A stretch of 64,000 bases of DNA, the filler included, from Gonapodya sp. JEL0774 (lineage: Eukaryota): the NCBI GenBank assembly GCA_027604505.1. It is 42 parts of 42 records of this genome, joined end to end, with 100 filler letters (N's around TTAATTAATTAA, not from the genome) between each part and the next. Parts side by side here need not be neighbours in the genome. Positions count along the whole stretch, not along the records: positions 61,116 to 62,531 come from JADIIX010003186.1; positions 62,632 to 64,000 come from JADIIX010003262.1; 40 more parts are not named here. One strand, written 5' to 3'. Each line of letters starts with the position of its first letter. Within the stretch, counting starts at the first letter, position 1. The notes below the pieces were generated by a model, which saw only the letters and a program-made list of their open reading frames with translations, was not told where the DNA came from and did not search any database. Below are positions 61,016-64,000 of the stretch, piece by piece. A program made the translations under genes and the position numbers.

Positions 61016-64000
61016 NNNNNNNNNNNNNNNNNNNNNNNNNNNNNNNNNNNNNNNNNNNNTTAATTAATTAANNNNNNNNNNNNNNNNNNNNNNNNNNNNN
61101 NNNNNNNNNNNNNNNCGTCGGCATCTGAACCCAGCCTCAATCACCCACCAGCGGGTTCGTTCAAATGCGAAAGCTCTGTCAAGTCATCCGTTGCTTCGAG
61201 AAAGCGAGGGTTTCGCAGGGGAGGGAGAGAGGCGAGGTCACTAGCTTTTCCTTGATGGATAACTTCCTGTGAAGTTGAGTTAGATCAACAAAAGTCAGCA
61301 GCAAAAATGCAGTAGAGTTTGGGGTATCGTTGCATTCCGAGATATACGTTGAGAAGGACGCGGGAGTAGGAATTATGTGTGAGAACGGTGTGTAGCTAGG
61401 CGTGGTACTTTTCAGTCCATGAAGGCAGCTGCGCCAGTATTCCTGAGCAACTGATTAAGGTAAATGTTTCCTCCCACATTCCTATCTCAAACTCCTCCAT
61501 GTTGCTCCGCAGATGTGCTCTTGATGACGACTCCAGGTGTCCATTGCCATTCAGGTAATCTTAACACTCGTTTATAACCAGCTCCAAATAGACTCCACCT
61601 CTCAAGCAATTATATAGGTCTGCTCCACGGCCACTTCAACTGAAAGAAACGCACCTTGCCAGTCCCATCGAGGGTGAAGACCAGCTTCACGTTATCGCCG
61701 TCGACGTTGCGCGTTTTCAATGTTCCGCATACCCATCCTTCCTTATGATCCAAAATTCAATTGGTGGTGAAGTACGGGAGCATCAGGCGTAAGTTCAGCA
61801 GCTCTCCTATCACATGATTCTCGGATAATGTGAACGACTCACGACATCATCCACGAACCACGCTTCGACGCCCTTCACAATGAAAGTAAGAGGTAAATTC
61901 AAAGAGATATCCGCGAGAAATGTCGCCAATACGCAGCAGAGGGTTGATGTATGTGAAGTGAACGGTCGAAGCAAGCCAATCACGGCAAACGGTCAGGTTA
62001 ATCCTCTGGGGCAAGGAAAGGGAAGTCTCACCGGCATGAAGTAGTCCAGGGTCGGCAGTGTGCCGATGCCTGAAATATTTGACTTCTCTGCCATTTTTGG
62101 GTTGGCAATCCAAGCTCACAGCGGTGTTTGGGGGTTCGTGTTTGACTCCGCTTCACGCGCCCGCGCAGAAGGGGTACGTAAAGACAAATGCGAAACTAGA
62201 GTCCAGAAGTCGAGAAGAAAGAAGGGCCGGAGTGGTGCTCGTGATGGCCAACTTAGAAGATTTGATCCTGTTGATTCGCTGGTGATTCCACACTCGTCCC
62301 CACCAACAAGATCACACCAGAACACCGTTCAACCTGTCGTCCACGGAGGAAAATACGTTCGGTTTTCTGATTTTCGTCCGTAAATGTCGCACGAAAGCGA
62401 CAGCTGCAGGGCCGGATGCGAAGTGGGTAGCGTAGTGGCGCTCAGTACTGTTGCGAGTGGGCGCCAGAACTCCATCAACCAGTAGCCCCTTCTAATCACA
62501 GAAGCAGTTTACTAGAGACGCACAATTACTCNNNNNNNNNNNNNNNNNNNNNNNNNNNNNNNNNNNNNNNNNNNNTTAATTAATTAANNNNNNNNNNNNN
62601 NNNNNNNNNNNNNNNNNNNNNNNNNNNNNNNCGGCAATCTCACGGACGGTGTAGCAGTCAACAATTAATTTTGATTTCCGCGCGAAGCGCGGAGCTCCAG
62701 AAGCTTTATAGCCTGGTTATATTCGAAATTAATCAAAATTTGCTCTGGGTCGACACCAATGAGTGTTCCCATGGAGCTTTGGAGCTTCGACTCACTGTTG
62801 TCACGTGTGGCACATTGCCTTGGACACTTATAGATTATTTCAGAATCTCTCATTTGCGAGACAATAGCAGGTACTTGGGGTTGGCAGATCACATCAAGTT
62901 CATCGTCCCAACTCATGTTTGCACTCACAACTCGACAGTAGTAACCCCATGGCAATCACTCCGACTCTGTCTCTACGTCAACAATCACTTTGCACCATTT
63001 GAATTAATATTTATGCCATTTTGCAGAATGCACAAAATCACATGCATCAGATTCTGTTGCCAATACAATTCTAATGGGGAGTTGATCTCGTAGAATGAAC
63101 CTAAACTAAATCTCATTCCGACCTGCAAAATCGGAAGCATAACAGAAATTCTCAGATGAATTTAAGATCTTTTGGGGCAGGCCTCAAAGTGCTGTCAACG
63201 TGACAAGGTGTCAACACCCACACCCAATATGATGAGTTGCGCAAACCATGTTCAAAACTTCAAGGAGCCTCCTGCGCGCATGATCATACACTCCTTATTG
63301 ATATTATTATAATTGCGTATTTGTAGAGTTATGACATAGACATGCTTGATGGTATTGCGTATCAATGCACTCTGATCCGTTCAGAGAGTCACCACTCATC
63401 ACGGAGTCACTCCGACATACTCTCACAGCGTTGTCAGACACTTTATACTGTTAGATGCTCAATGCGCAGGCTTTGAAAGAATACGCAATTTCAACTGGAA
63501 TGAATTTGGTGTAAACATGAGAGTTACGCACTTCGCATCTCCAAGTTATTTCTGCAATCAAGCCTGACTATAGTTCAGTATTTCCATGCGCATTGGACAC
63601 ACAAGATGCCTGAAATTGTGAATTCAAGGTGTTTGAGAAGGGCATCAACCAACTCCCGCTCCGCCGTGGCATCAGTGAAGTCACAGAACATGATGAGCTG
63701 CATGAGCCCATGGTCCCAGCTACAATGCACATGGCCCTCAACACAACAAACACCCCTTGAACATCTTCTACAGATTTGGGTGCTTTTGCAGCTACATTCG
63801 AATCAAGGGTTGTAGAGGAGCTCGGAGCGTATCAAGGTCCTAATGAGCCTTGGAGTACAGCCACAACACACTACAACAACATGTGCCATCCTATCACTGT
63901 GTTCATAATCACATGTTGGAGGTTGGTTGTGCAATATGCGTGGAGTTCACAATGGCACTTGCGTCAAATAAAGCAAAAACCTGTCCGGCGGTTGTCTGTC

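Noticed and set aside
61116..62531. Possible minus-strand multi-exon gene
   Set aside because: Some exon-like segments are present, but I cannot assemble a reliable model or assign a product.

Overview
This is not a contiguous locus. It is 42 unrelated small contigs (about 1,415-1,440 bp, sorted by decreasing length) joined by 41 artificial 100-bp spacers (N44-TTAATTAATTAA-N44), so adjacency means something only within a contig. Most contigs are fragments of intron-rich (GT-AG) genes from a eukaryote, most likely an early-diverging flagellated (chytrid-like) fungus. Chitin synthase and Egt1 occur together with cobalamin-dependent MetH, a PIERCE1-like axonemal protein, a P2C Na/K-type ATPase, a Crinkler and Sel1/MYND/LRR families. 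Housekeeping fragments include CenH3, MAP2, a Kar3-like kinesin, PDS5, DCN1, Sec61-gamma, CDC14, PRO1, IF1, eIF2-alpha and eIF3f. Ty1/copia relics are present, one interrupted by a solo LTR with a 5-bp target-site duplication. Three things stand out. (i) An intronless contig (50490-51909) carries a 61-bp palindrome-containing tandem array, an ORFan and a PseB/CapD-type nucleotide-sugar dehydratase, and is a candidate giant-virus or bacterial fragment. (ii) Two paralogous contigs encode a nearly uncharged Ser/Gly/Leu/Cys heptad-repeat protein and show CpG-decay differences. (iii) An 8-Cys module I do not recognise is shared, with a conserved intron position, by two mucin-like proteins on separate contigs. 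All family assignments come from motif recognition by eye; no searches were run.
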